IMG/VR virus record: IMGVR_UViG_3300048919_000265
DNA from: a virus
DNA length: 64,000 nt
Direction: 5' to 3' (one strand)
Shown: in pieces, positions 19,630 to 30,046 of the stretch
Numbering within the stretch: position 1 is the stretch's first letter
Layout: every line of letters begins with the position of its first letter
Made by a program: the position numbers and the translations under genes
Notes under the pieces: generated by a model
What the model saw: only the letters and a program-made list of their open reading frames with translations
What the model was told of the DNA's origin: nothing
Databases searched by the model: none

Positions 19630-21891
19630 TTATCCTACGTCTCTATTCCTTTTAAGAAATCCCAATAACTTCGGCTTCTTTTTCCTTTCCAAAATCTGTT
19701 CATCTGGAGCGACCACATTAATCAATCCCGTGAATCCCTGAACTACTTGCTGAGAACCTTCCGGTGAACTAGCAAAAACTGTTCCCTGCCATTCCGCCTT
19801 ATTTACTTCCGATCTAGAAAAAGTAGGTATAACAGTAGCTACTTGCTCATCCCTCCAAATATAATACTCCCTTTGGGCCTTGTTAAGATGATATTGCGGA
19901 TTCTCTACAAATCCTGGAGGATTAGAAATAAGGAAATCTATTTCATCCAAAACTTCCTTAGTACGTGTATAACTATCAACCATATTAACAATAAATTTGA
20001 CTTTATCCGGCCAGCGACCCATATGCTCTTTAAATCTCATTAATGGTTCCATAATCTTAGCAACATTTGGTTGCAAAACAAGCCAGATCTCTGCACAACT
20101 ATTGTAAACTTCAAATAGAGATTCATCACTCCAGTTAGTAGAAACATCAACAAAAGTGTATTGCGCAACTCGAGTTGCGTTCATATAATGGCTCATTTTC
20201 TCAGCAGTCGAATTCAAACCAATTTGATTGCGCTCGAGTGGAAACCAAAACAATTCTCCGTCCTGCCAATAATCTCTTCCATTAACAGCAGCCTCTTCTT
20301 CTACTCTAAACGCAATACTTCTCCAATTATCCGGATGCTTTACATCCCCATAAAGATAATTGTACAAAACAGGTGTATTACCTAGGTGTTCTACTACGCT
20401 ACTACTGATGCCGCTTGCTGCCAGTACAGTAGCCATATTGCTAGCAATAAACGTAGCCCCGGTTCCAGAAAACAAACTGGCAACTACAATAGTCTTAGCA
20501 TCCACACCTTCGTACTTCCCAATAGGAGGGTTATATCTTTCTAACTTAGATAATTTTAAAGCATCCGCTTCCAACTCTTTTTCTAACTGTGCATTAATTT
20601 CTGCCCTTTTACGTTCAATTTCCTGGTCAACAGGCTCGGTTGGTTCTTGGTATTCTTCAAAGATATTAATGCCCAAGGAGTCTTCTATAATCAGAGGTGT
20701 AATCTCTTTTGTTTCTTCTGCCTGCTGCACTACAAGCGCTGTTTCTATCTCTGCTACAGGCTGATTTTCTTCCAGCCTGGCAGATTCCTCCTCCGAGCTC
20801 ACAGATAGTTCTTTATTCTGCTCAGAATCCTGATCTACTTCAATCGAAGTAAAGACAACTTCTTCATCCGCAAGAGACTCAACCTCCTCTTCAACAGCCA
20901 TAGAAGTGACTTCTATTTCGACCCGCTCAACAATATCTGCTTCGTCTTTAACGTCTAGTGCAGATTCTTTTGTTACAACCAACTCTGGTTCCACTTCAAG
21001 AGGCAACGTATTTGTTGATAATCGCTGTTGCATGAGTTCGTTTGCTAAGTCGTCTGAATCCGTTTCAACTTGCGGAGAATTGCCTGGATCTACAGTTGCA
21101 GTCTCCTCAACCACAGCAGTTTCATAACTCGCTTCAAAAAATTCTACCTTATCTTCAGAAGAAACAACGTCAATTGCTTCTTCCTCAGAAACTACGGCTA
21201 CCTGCTCAGACGAGAGATTAACTATTTCAATGTCAGAACTTTCTTCCTTCAATTCTGTTTCGTGCTCCAATACTTTCTTTGGTACTATTTCTTGTTCCGC
21301 AAGAAATTCGGTATTTACATCTTCAGGCCCGCTGCTAACAGATTCAGCAACTACTTCTGGGAACACAGACTCAGGTTCAACTTCTGTCTGTGCCTCCCGT
21401 ACAACTTCTTCTTCAATCACTTCCGGAGACTGAACTTCTGGCTCTTCAATAGCAGTATTATCATGCGCTACTTCTTCTGGCATTGGATTAAGTCTTTTAT
21501 TATCTTTACCCAACGCGGAAAGCAATACATCCATTGTTAAGTTAGGAGAATAAAATAATTCTCCTTCACTTAAATTAAAGTCTTCTGTACTGGTATTAAT
21601 TGTAATAATGCTCTCATCAATCAGAAATACCACACTGTCGGCTTCTGAATTCAGTTCATTAATAGTTGCTTGTAACATGTTTAACTCTTGCAGTTCTTTG
21701 CCCGCTGTTAATGCCGAAGGTATAACTAAAACCCTGTCAAAACCCGAAGAAGCTTCTGCTGTGTTCTTCCAACCAGCAAAATCTTCAACTTTATAAAAAT
21801 ATCCAATCACGTCATGTCCATTACTAGCAATTAGTTTTAATACGGCCTGACTAATTTTACCCACAAAAATAATTCTCAATATTTTCACCAT
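19630..21891 (-). CDS. TadZ/CpaE-like protein: receiver-like N-terminus, long Glu-rich linker, degenerate MinD/ParA ATPase domain
   Basis: TIVVASLFSGTGATFIASNMA P-loop, YTFVDVS, KFIVNMVD; ~330 aa E/V/S-rich low-complexity centre. Confidence 0.7.
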   Translation of the reverse strand: MVKILRIIFVGKISQAVLKLIASNGHDVIGYFYKVEDFAGWKNTAEASSGFDRVLVIPSALTAGKELQELNMLQATINELNSEADSVVFLIDESIITINTSTEDFNLSEGELFYSPNLTMDVLLSALGKDNKRLNPMPEEVAHDNTAIEEPEVQSPEVIEEEVVREAQTEVEPESVFPEVVAESVSSGPEDVNTEFLAEQEIVPKKVLEHETELKEESSDIEIVNLSSEQVAVVSEEEAIDVVSSEDKVEFFEASYETAVVEETATVDPGNSPQVETDSDDLANELMQQRLSTNTLPLEVEPELVVTKESALDVKDEADIVERVEIEVTSMAVEEEVESLADEEVVFTSIEVDQDSEQNKELSVSSEEESARLEENQPVAEIETALVVQQAEETKEITPLIIEDSLGINIFEEYQEPTEPVDQEIERKRAEINAQLEKELEADALKLSKLERYNPPIGKYEGVDAKTIVVASLFSGTGATFIASNMATVLAASGISSSVVEHLGNTPVLYNYLYGDVKHPDNWRSIAFRVEEEAAVNGRDYWQDGELFWFPLERNQIGLNSTAEKMSHYMNATRVAQYTFVDVSTNWSDESLFEVYNSCAEIWLVLQPNVAKIMEPLMRFKEHMGRWPDKVKFIVNMVDSYTRTKEVLDEIDFLISNPPGFVENPQYHLNKAQREYYIWRDEQVATVIPTFSRSEVNKAEWQGTVFASSPEGSQQVVQGFTGLINVVAPDEQILERKKKPKLLGFLKRNRDVG

Positions 21892-21918
21892 CCTGATCTA
21901 CTTATACCCAAAAACTAG

Positions 21919-22980
21919 CTAATTACCTATTTTTATGCTAGGCGGAGTTGGAGAAGTCTTATCCACTCTCACATATATGACAGTTTCAGAACCAACATTG
22001 CCTGCATTATCCACACTTCTTCCATAAATTGTGCTTTGACCTTCCGCAACTACCGTAAAGGAACCGCTATATGTTGTCCAACTCTTGGTATTTGGCCCGT
22101 CAATTCTATACTGACTATAGCTTGTACCAGAAACTACATCCGCACCATGCGTCATACTAATACTAACATCTTGATTACTAAAGGCTACATTAGGATTTAC
22201 GGTAAATACAGGCGAGCTCGGTCCTGTCCTATCGATTTTTACCTGCACTGTTGTAACATCACTGTAGTTCTTATTATAGTCCACTGCTCGTGCGCTTATT
22301 GTTGTGATCCCTTCATTAACTACTGTCAGAGAACTGCCTGAAATCCAATCCTGAGAAGTAGCACCATCTAATTTATACTCGTACCCTTTCACAGCACCAT
22401 TATCTGTACTTCCCCCTATAGTTGCTGTTACATTATTTCTGGTAGCAGAAGTTGTGGACGGAGTTATGACAGGTGCTGTTGGCTTTGTATAATCATATGC
22501 ATAAGGACCTTCTGATATTTGCCCATAAACACCGTTAAACGTAGAATTACCCTGATCTGATACATATTTTATATACCTAACATATTTTATCTCTGGGTGA
22601 ATAGATTTTGAAGGTCCTCCTGTCATCGCACCTGCATTTCCTGAGCCTGGTTGCGAAAAATCATAGGTACTGCTTTGATACCAGCTAACTCCATCCGATG
22701 AAAAGTATTCAGTAACAGTTGTGGGAACTTCCCAACCATTATTACGCGGAGTATAAATACCAAAATAATTATAGGAGCTGAACTCATCCCTGTCATACCC
22801 CGGGGCTCCAAAATCTATGATAGCTACATTCCCATTAACATTACCTACATTAAATTTTTGACCTAGCGTATAAGCTTCCACTTTGCCACTGGAGTAAACC
22901 CCCGCCACCAAGAGGACTATTACAAAAATCACAGTCGCTAGGGTCTTAGACCTCATTTTAGCAAGAGACTTAAACTTCAT
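21919..22980 (-). CDS. Secreted protein: unique N-domain, two Ig-like repeats, dangling C-terminal strand (putative tip subunit)
   Basis: Signal peptide ending KVEA; repeats with ARAVDYNKN and GRSVDNAGN; ends DKTSPTPPSIKIGN. Confidence 0.8.
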   Translation of the reverse strand: MKFKSLAKMRSKTLATVIFVIVLLVAGVYSSGKVEAYTLGQKFNVGNVNGNVAIIDFGAPGYDRDEFSSYNYFGIYTPRNNGWEVPTTVTEYFSSDGVSWYQSSTYDFSQPGSGNAGAMTGGPSKSIHPEIKYVRYIKYVSDQGNSTFNGVYGQISEGPYAYDYTKPTAPVITPSTTSATRNNVTATIGGSTDNGAVKGYEYKLDGATSQDWISGSSLTVVNEGITTISARAVDYNKNYSDVTTVQVKIDRTGPSSPVFTVNPNVAFSNQDVSISMTHGADVVSGTSYSQYRIDGPNTKSWTTYSGSFTVVAEGQSTIYGRSVDNAGNVGSETVIYVRVDKTSPTPPSIKIGN

Positions 22981-22990
22981 ATGAACCTCC

Positions 22991-23234
22991 TTATCCTCCT
23001 ATCTTGATTGTGGGACTTGTAGGAGCAGTTTTATCAATATTAAAGAACATGAACATTTCTCCATCAGTATTGGTTATGCTGCCAAATTCCTAGTAAATAG
23101 CACCAACACTGCCCAAATATAATTAGTACCCTGCACTATAATCTTCTAGATGTACAGAGAACACATTGTTACCTAGAATTATTACGCCTACTACAAACAC
23201 CAAGGCAGCTTTTATACCACTCAATTTGCTTCAA
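22991..23234 (-). pseudogene. Degenerate paralog of the tip gene
   Basis: GGAGG SD, TTG, 1-nt shift into signal-like LSGIKAALVFVVGVIILG, two in-frame stops, ends IDKTAPTSPTIKIGG*. Confidence 0.65.
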
Positions 23235-23250
23235 ATTTTTAAACACCTCC

Positions 23251-23272
23251 TGTGAGGGAGAGACCCCTCACA
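23251..23272. other. Stem-loop after the stalk gene
   Basis: tgtgaggg-agagac-ccctcaca. Confidence 0.55.
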
Positions 23273-23276
23273 TTCT

Positions 23277-26200
23277 CTACTTCCCATCCTTATCAATCAT
23301 TTCTATCATTCTGTAGATGAGTGCAGCCGACTCCGCTCTCGTTAAACTATTTTTAGGTCCAAAACTTCCATCTGGATACCCACCAACAAGACCAACACTG
23401 GACGCGTAATCCACATCTTCTTTTGCCCATCCAATGATTCTATCGGCATCGGTGAAATCAGATGATTTACTACCTGCGGTGACTCCTTGTTCCTTAAGCA
23501 CGTTAACTAACATTTTAGAGGCTTGTTCTCGATTAATATCAATATTCGGACGAAATTCTATGTTGCTAAATCCTTTAGCAACTTTAGTTGCTAATGCAGC
23601 CTTGAGTTCTTCCGTGTACCAAGCTCCTCTATTGATATCCTTAAAAGTCAAGGCGACCGATTCATCCGGCGTAGCATCAATAGCTCTAACAATCAAAGCT
23701 GCAAATTCCATCCGAGTCACAGGTCTATCTGGCTCAAAAATATTCGGAGCTGTACCCTTTAATATACCTTGGGTTGCTAGCTTGTTAATCTCATCCCGAC
23801 TAAAAGTTTCATCAATATCAGAGAATTGATCTGATAAAGAATCTTTCTTAGTAGTTTCTGATTTAACTTCTTCAACCACTTCTGGTGTTGGTATTGTCTC
23901 TACTTTAGGAGGAATTATAGTTCCTCCATCAGCACCATCTCCAGAATTTTTACGTTCCTTATCCGTTTTAATAGTCAAACATGCAGAAGTAATACTCAGA
24001 CCCGACACATTTTTACCCCTAACTTCATACTGGTATTCCGTATCAGAAATTAATTCCTTATCTACATACTTAAACTGGGAACTCGGTATCGCAGCTATTT
24101 CTTTTCCTCCGCGATAAATTATATATTCAGTAGCTCCCAAGCTTCTAACTTCAGAAAGATCTAAGGTCACATCATTTTTTGTTGCGGTGCCTTTTAAAAG
24201 AATTGGTTTGCTTGGCAAAGTCAAAACCTTTATTGGCGTAGCTTCAGATTTTGTTCCCTGTTGGTTCTCCACAACTAATTCCCAATCATACTGTGTTCCA
24301 GGAGTTAACCCTTCTACAGTCGCTGGACTTTCTTTACCTCTCCAAACTTCCTTACCGTCTTTATCAACAATCACGTAATCCTTAGCACCATCAACTGTCG
24401 GGAACTCCACAACCACATTATCATCTTTAGGAGTTACTTTAACATCAGAGCTCTTCACAGATTCTGTTGCCGTTAAGATGGTCAAAGAAGTGGTCTCACC
24501 CTCACCTGTGCTATTCACAGGTAAAACTGTGATATTGTAAGTGGAAGCAGACATAAGATCCTCAACAGTAAAAATCTTTTGCCATGCCATACTACGTAAA
24601 ACTTCCTTACCATTAACATACACAACATATTGATCAACTAAGTTACTTCCAAAATTTACTGCAATAGAAGCAGAATGCGCAGACAATTTGTCAACAGATA
24701 ATTGAGGAGAACTAGGTTTAGTCAAGATGGAGTGTTCTACCTTACCAGATTGAACATCTTTATCATTAGTAGACCAAATAACTAAGTTATAAGGAGTACC
24801 CCCAGACAATCCTTTGATTCTAGTTTGTGTGTCTGTTCCTGCATATAAGATATTTCCACCACGATCAGAAATATAATATTTTTCAGCCCCCTTGACAGCA
24901 TCCCATTTCAAATCGCTGTAGGTTATATCGGTAACTGAACTAATTTTGTCAATTGGAGACGTTTTAGTAGTCCAATTAATAATTGATTCCTTACCTACAC
25001 CTGAACTATTTTCCCCTCTAACAATAATGTCATAATTAGTTCCGGCTTCTAGTCCTTGAATCGGCGCTGAAGGATCAGAACTACTTTCTATAATTGCAGT
25101 GTCTTTAACTTTAATTGTATATTTTGTAACAGTATCATCTTTATCCCACACTAAATTCAAACTAGTAGTATCCGTGTTGTCCACTGCTAGGTTATTAACA
25201 GCGTGTGGTTTCGTAACAAATTTACCTTCAACCCATTGGCTGCTACCAGAGCTATTAGAAGCCTTTATTTTGTAGATATAATTCTTGCTACCAACCAATC
25301 CCGCTACCTTAATTTCTCCCGTATTCCCTGCGTATTCTTTACCATCAACTTCAATAGTGTATCCTGTAGCTCCATTGACCAAGTCCCATTTGATTACGGC
25401 AGAATCTTCTTCAACTTCCTCTACTTTAACACTTGCAGGCTCGGCAGGTATTGTTATAAAGCTTACAGGAGTAAGCTCGCCTTCCCCACTCTCATTTTTA
25501 GCTGCAATTGTTAAATCATATCTCTCACCTGGCTTCAGGTCTTTCAATACCCAACTAGTATCGTTAGTACTTGAAACTTCTGATCCATTTCGAATAACAT
25601 ATTCTGAAGCACCCTTTACACCATTCCACTTCAAGGTAGCTCCTGTTTGACTAATACCTTCAACAGTAATACCACTAATTGCTGCAGGCAATGTTCTTAT
25701 TCCTCGTAAATGACTATACGCACCTAGTCCAGTGTCATTAACTGCACCAACACTATAGTCATAAGCTGTACCAGAACTAAGCCCCTCATCCAAGAAATTC
25801 AATACATTAGCGGAGGATATCTGATTTCCATCTCGTAACAGATTATACTTTAGGGCAGTACTAACAGAATTCCAGCTTAATAATATTTTATCAGTGAAGA
25901 CATTAACACTTTTAAATTCTCCTGGATTATCAGGCAGAGACAAGAATCTTACTCCCTTACTAATTCCTTCCCCAGTCGAGTTAATAGCCGAAACATTAAC
26001 ATCATAATTCGTGCCCGGAGTCATACCAGAAAACGGATAAGTTGTATCAACAGTAGTATCGTCTACAATCACTTCTCCACTATCTGCTTTTCTAACAAAT
26101 ATATGATAAGCAGTCGCACCTTCCACCTTACTCACGTATATAAATCCAGAATTATAATTTTGATCAACTTTCTCTACTCTAATATTTTCAGGAGCTGCTG

Positions 26201-28892
26201 GTAGAGTGAGCAAATGACCATCATCATAGCTGCTACCTACATGATTCATAGCAGTAACACGAACACTATATTGTCGTCCTCCAGCTAATCCAGAAAATTT
26301 GACAGACGATATCGGAAAATCCACCACTTCTTCTTTACCTGTACCGATAACTTCTATTTTGTATTTCCATCCATCAGTATAAGTTCCTGCCTGAGGCAAA
26401 TCCCATTCTGCCGTGAAATTATCCTCGCCTATTCCAGTAGCTCTAATATTCTTAGGTGCCTCTGGGACATTTTGCAACTTAATAGCTCCAGAAGTGACCT
26501 GTGTAGTATTGCCTGCTTTATCTATGGCTTTTAAATGGACATACCAGACTCCTTCAGATTCTATAGATAAATTATCACTATTAACGCTATCCCAAGAAGT
26601 TGGAATTTGGCTACTGTCAGTAATTCTATAAAAAACCTTGTCAACTCCAGAACCTGTATCGGCTACAGCCACTTCAACATTCGCTTTGCTTGGTGACCAA
26701 TCTCTACTGTCTGGAGTTAATTTAATTGTTGGAGCCGATTTATCTACATACACAGTTATAGTGGTTACTTCACTAATATTACCTACACTGTCAATAGCTC
26801 GGGCACTTAAAGTATGGGTACCATCCGCAGTAACAACTCCACTATTTCCATCTACAAACTCCCCACCATCAACCGAATATTGATATCTAACAGGATTAAG
26901 GTCTGTACTACCGTCTATTTTAAATTCTACATCCTTAGAAACAAACTCAGTATCACTAAGTTTTATGCCCGGCACAGTAGGAGCTGTCAAATCAATCATA
27001 GCTGTAGCATAACTAGGTTGGCTCACGTTGCCTGCATTATCTATCGTACGGAAAGCTACAGAGGTAACTCCCTCCTTAGATACTTCCAAAGGTTGATCAT
27101 AGGCAATCCAATCTCCACCTTCAATAGAGTACTCGTTATGATTGACCCCACTGGCTTCGTCTTTACCTTCCCCCGTGAGAGCTATGGAGACCGGAACTTT
27201 GTTAGTCCAATCTTTTTCGGAGGCTGCTACTAGTGGAGAATTAGGAGCAGTTCTATCTATCTTCACATCCACTTTCGCAGATTCGCTGAAATTACCTGCA
27301 TTATCCTCCGCCCTAACTAAGAGGTTCGTTACGCCCTCTCTTGTTATTTCAATGGGATTTAAATAATCCTTCCAACTAGTACCATCTTCTGAGTATTTCA
27401 ATCTTTTAAATCCACTTAACTTATCCAAACTACTAAGAGCTGTAACCGTTACATCTTTATTAGTCCATGAGGCAGCAGTACTATAAACCTCTGGCACATC
27501 CGGTGCTGTTTTATCTATTTTGGCCAGCACCTGGGCCTCTGGTCCAGCATTACCAACCTTATCAACTGAACGAGCTTTAATCACTATTTCCCCTTCGGTA
27601 TCAACAGGGAAAGGCTGATCATAAGCTTTCCACTCAGATCCATTAATACTATACTCTGTTTCTTTAATGCCTGACTCCTCATCTTTGCCAGCCGTGATTA
27701 TAACTGTAGCGACATCTTTGGTCCAATCTACTGGGTTAATCGCAAGCTCCGGAGCAGTAGGTGCCTTCTTGTCGATCTTAAAAGTTACTTGCGAAACTTC
27801 ACCATTGTTACCTACGTTATCTACAGATCTTGATTTAACAATATGAATTCCCTCATCCGTAAACTCTAACGCACCCTGATAAGTTTTCCATTCGCCATCG
27901 TCTAAAGACCACTCAGTCTTTTCGACACCACTTAAGGCATCTACCCCCGGTATTATTTCCAACCCCACCTTATCAGATACCCATTCGCTAGAAGACAGAT
28001 TCATGACAGTCGCACTTGGACCGCTATGATCAATAGTGAATTCCTCTTCTTTAATGTCGCTATAATTGCCGGCATTATCTACACTTCTAAAATAAATTTT
28101 ATTAGTGCCCTCTGTTTGATATTTGACTGGATTAACATAATTGTTCCAAACCACACCATCATAAGAAAACTCCGATCTATTAATACCACTATCTAAGTCA
28201 AACCCTTTATTAATCGTAAAAGTCACTGCATCAGCCCAACCTGTATTATCCCTTAAAACTGATGGAGCAGATGGTTTAAGTTTATCAATCTTATAAGTCA
28301 TGCTACTAATGACACTCATATTACCAGCATTATCTACGGTTCTAGCCTCCACTAGTGCCGATCCGGAAGCGTTGATTATAAACGGGGCAGTATAGGTCTG
28401 CCAAACTCCAGCATCTATTCTGTACTCAACTCTAGCACTACCCGAAAGAGTATCTGCACCAGCAACAAGTTCTACTGATACATCTGTATTACGATAATTG
28501 CTATTAGTATCTTTAAATGTTGGAGCATTTGGAGGTGTTCTATCAATTCTCACAGCAGATGAAGACAATGGACTTAAATTACCAGCGTTATCAACTGTAT
28601 ATGCTTCAATATTGGTCACACCTTCAGCCGTAACATTAAATGTACCACCATAAGCTCCTAATCCTTTGTTTGTTGCACCAGTTAATCTATAATCTATTCG
28701 ATTAACGCCAGAATATGAGTCCGTACCGGCTACTATACTAACAGGAACATCAGCATCATTAGTCCACCCAACCCCATTGTAAGTAGAAGCAGCCGAAGCC
28801 TGATTTTCCTTTATTAATAATTCAGCTGGGAAATAACTTAGCAACATTGTCACAGCTACAAGCAGCTTTAGAAACTTCTTTTTCTTTTCCAA
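23277..28892 (-). CDS. 1871-aa S-layer-anchored stalk protein: signal peptide, 9 Ig-like repeats, ~10 FN3 repeats, 3 SLH
   Basis: AAGGAGG SD then TTG at 28892; nine [VIE]D[NKS][AV]GN repeats; FN3 repeats (PEAPKN, PAAPEN, PDNPGE...); C-terminal SLH (VTRMEFA, INREQAS, LTRAESA). Confidence 0.9.
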   Translation of the reverse strand: MEKKKKFLKLLVAVTMLLSYFPAELLIKENQASAASTYNGVGWTNDADVPVSIVAGTDSYSGVNRIDYRLTGATNKGLGAYGGTFNVTAEGVTNIEAYTVDNAGNLSPLSSSAVRIDRTPPNAPTFKDTNSNYRNTDVSVELVAGADTLSGSARVEYRIDAGVWQTYTAPFIINASGSALVEARTVDNAGNMSVISSMTYKIDKLKPSAPSVLRDNTGWADAVTFTINKGFDLDSGINRSEFSYDGVVWNNYVNPVKYQTEGTNKIYFRSVDNAGNYSDIKEEEFTIDHSGPSATVMNLSSSEWVSDKVGLEIIPGVDALSGVEKTEWSLDDGEWKTYQGALEFTDEGIHIVKSRSVDNVGNNGEVSQVTFKIDKKAPTAPELAINPVDWTKDVATVIITAGKDEESGIKETEYSINGSEWKAYDQPFPVDTEGEIVIKARSVDKVGNAGPEAQVLAKIDKTAPDVPEVYSTAASWTNKDVTVTALSSLDKLSGFKRLKYSEDGTSWKDYLNPIEITREGVTNLLVRAEDNAGNFSESAKVDVKIDRTAPNSPLVAASEKDWTNKVPVSIALTGEGKDEASGVNHNEYSIEGGDWIAYDQPLEVSKEGVTSVAFRTIDNAGNVSQPSYATAMIDLTAPTVPGIKLSDTEFVSKDVEFKIDGSTDLNPVRYQYSVDGGEFVDGNSGVVTADGTHTLSARAIDSVGNISEVTTITVYVDKSAPTIKLTPDSRDWSPSKANVEVAVADTGSGVDKVFYRITDSSQIPTSWDSVNSDNLSIESEGVWYVHLKAIDKAGNTTQVTSGAIKLQNVPEAPKNIRATGIGEDNFTAEWDLPQAGTYTDGWKYKIEVIGTGKEEVVDFPISSVKFSGLAGGRQYSVRVTAMNHVGSSYDDGHLLTLPAAPENIRVEKVDQNYNSGFIYVSKVEGATAYHIFVRKADSGEVIVDDTTVDTTYPFSGMTPGTNYDVNVSAINSTGEGISKGVRFLSLPDNPGEFKSVNVFTDKILLSWNSVSTALKYNLLRDGNQISSANVLNFLDEGLSSGTAYDYSVGAVNDTGLGAYSHLRGIRTLPAAISGITVEGISQTGATLKWNGVKGASEYVIRNGSEVSSTNDTSWVLKDLKPGERYDLTIAAKNESGEGELTPVSFITIPAEPASVKVEEVEEDSAVIKWDLVNGATGYTIEVDGKEYAGNTGEIKVAGLVGSKNYIYKIKASNSSGSSQWVEGKFVTKPHAVNNLAVDNTDTTSLNLVWDKDDTVTKYTIKVKDTAIIESSSDPSAPIQGLEAGTNYDIIVRGENSSGVGKESIINWTTKTSPIDKISSVTDITYSDLKWDAVKGAEKYYISDRGGNILYAGTDTQTRIKGLSGGTPYNLVIWSTNDKDVQSGKVEHSILTKPSSPQLSVDKLSAHSASIAVNFGSNLVDQYVVYVNGKEVLRSMAWQKIFTVEDLMSASTYNITVLPVNSTGEGETTSLTILTATESVKSSDVKVTPKDDNVVVEFPTVDGAKDYVIVDKDGKEVWRGKESPATVEGLTPGTQYDWELVVENQQGTKSEATPIKVLTLPSKPILLKGTATKNDVTLDLSEVRSLGATEYIIYRGGKEIAAIPSSQFKYVDKELISDTEYQYEVRGKNVSGLSITSACLTIKTDKERKNSGDGADGGTIIPPKVETIPTPEVVEEVKSETTKKDSLSDQFSDIDETFSRDEINKLATQGILKGTAPNIFEPDRPVTRMEFAALIVRAIDATPDESVALTFKDINRGAWYTEELKAALATKVAKGFSNIEFRPNIDINREQASKMLVNVLKEQGVTAGSKSSDFTDADRIIGWAKEDVDYASSVGLVGGYPDGSFGPKNSLTRAESAALIYRMIEMIDKDGK

Positions 28893-29041
28893 ATTTAAAT
28901 CCTCCTTACTGTCATTAATTTTAAATATAATTATGTATCTACGATTAGGATTGCACACTTGATGTCATTAACCGTAATCAACCCCTCCAGTTCTTTACAG
29001 TTATTTTACTCCTAGCATCATCCCTTTTCGATTTGGTTAAT

Positions 29042-29090
29042 AAAAAGACGGTGGGTGAATAGGATGTGTTTCTCCTATTCACCCACCGTC
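29042..29090 (-). terminator. Strong intrinsic terminator separating the cargo array from the surface locus
   Basis: 18-bp perfect stem gacggtgggtgaatagga/tcctattcacccaccgtc plus T5 on the minus strand. Confidence 0.85.
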
Positions 29091-29129
29091 GACTTTAGTA
29101 ACCTAGCCTGATACCCAACTATGTAACTC

Positions 29130-29489
29130 TTAATCATCTGAATCGTCGTCGTTGTCGCTAAGATCATCCAGTCTCTCAACCAACCCACTAAAGTCATTAC
29201 CTCTGCCCAGCTGACTAGCCAAGCTATAAACATCTTCATAGTCTATATTATAGTCAGAAGATAAACTCCGCAAATAAGCTTCCCGATTGCTGTATCCTCT
29301 ATCAAGATAAGGTTTATCTTCTATCATACGTCTTCGAGCAGACACAACTGCTTCCTGGTACTTTATGATCAATTCATTTAAGTCCGCAGCAGCCTTACCC
29401 TTACTCGATAACTTTAATGACTTCAGTGCTTCTTCAATATACAATATTTCCTTAGTATCCACTGACATGTTTAAATTAATCACTTCCAC
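29130..29489 (-). CDS. Hypothetical protein
   Basis: Co-oriented ORF with acidic C-terminus. Confidence 0.65.
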   Translation of the reverse strand: MEVINLNMSVDTKEILYIEEALKSLKLSSKGKAAADLNELIIKYQEAVVSARRRMIEDKPYLDRGYSNREAYLRSLSSDYNIDYEDVYSLASQLGRGNDFSGLVERLDDLSDNDDDSDD

Positions 29490-29521
29490 ACCTCCTTACA
29501 TTAGTTAACTGATACTATACA

Positions 29522-29773
29522 TTAATTAACCATTAGAGAAACAGCATCAACCTCCTCCATATCAATAACTATAGCGCCAGGTTTAGTCTCACGAATAAAA
29601 TCAGTAAATGATTGAACACATCCTCGGCCTTCCCACAGACTATATAGAGACTTAATAGCCGAACTTGCTAAATCTGTTACTATTTCCATCATGACCACTC
29701 CATTAAATTTATCCGTAAAATTATATCTAGTCATTATAGCCTCTCCTCCTGCTAAATTTATATGTAAGGGCAT
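29522..29773 (-). CDS. Hypothetical protein (start probably MTRYNF)
   Basis: Co-oriented; GGAG upstream of the internal ATG. Confidence 0.55.
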   Translation of the reverse strand: MPLHINLAGGEAIMTRYNFTDKFNGVVMMEIVTDLASSAIKSLYSLWEGRGCVQSFTDFIRETKPGAIVIDMEEVDAVSLMVN

Positions 29774-29788
29774 AGCCCTAGAAAATCC

Positions 29789-30031
29789 CTAGATGCACAG
29801 TTGTAAATTTTTCACTTTATTAACACTAAACGCAGTACTTTCAATTCCTAAACTCAAAACGATTTGCACATTACCCACTGTGTTTTCCATTTCTTTGTTA
29901 ATCCAGTTACCCAACATACTAGATACTTCACCGCTAAGAATCCCATTAGTTTCTCCATAACAAACAGTCATACACTTCATCTCAATCACCAACCTATTAT
30001 TTTTAGTCAACCAAAAAACTTTAATGCGCAA
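29789..30031 (-). CDS. Hypothetical protein
   Basis: Co-oriented, GGAGG SD. Confidence 0.55.
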   Translation of the reverse strand: MRIKVFWLTKNNRLVIEMKCMTVCYGETNGILSGEVSSMLGNWINKEMENTVGNVQIVLSLGIESTAFSVNKVKNLQLCI

Positions 30032-30046
30032 CCTCCATTAAAGTGA

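Noticed and set aside
23277-28892. Tandem DNA repeats or DGR-type variable region in the stalk gene
   Set aside because: Repeats are diverged protein-domain repeats; no near-identical template/variable pair or reverse transcriptase seen.
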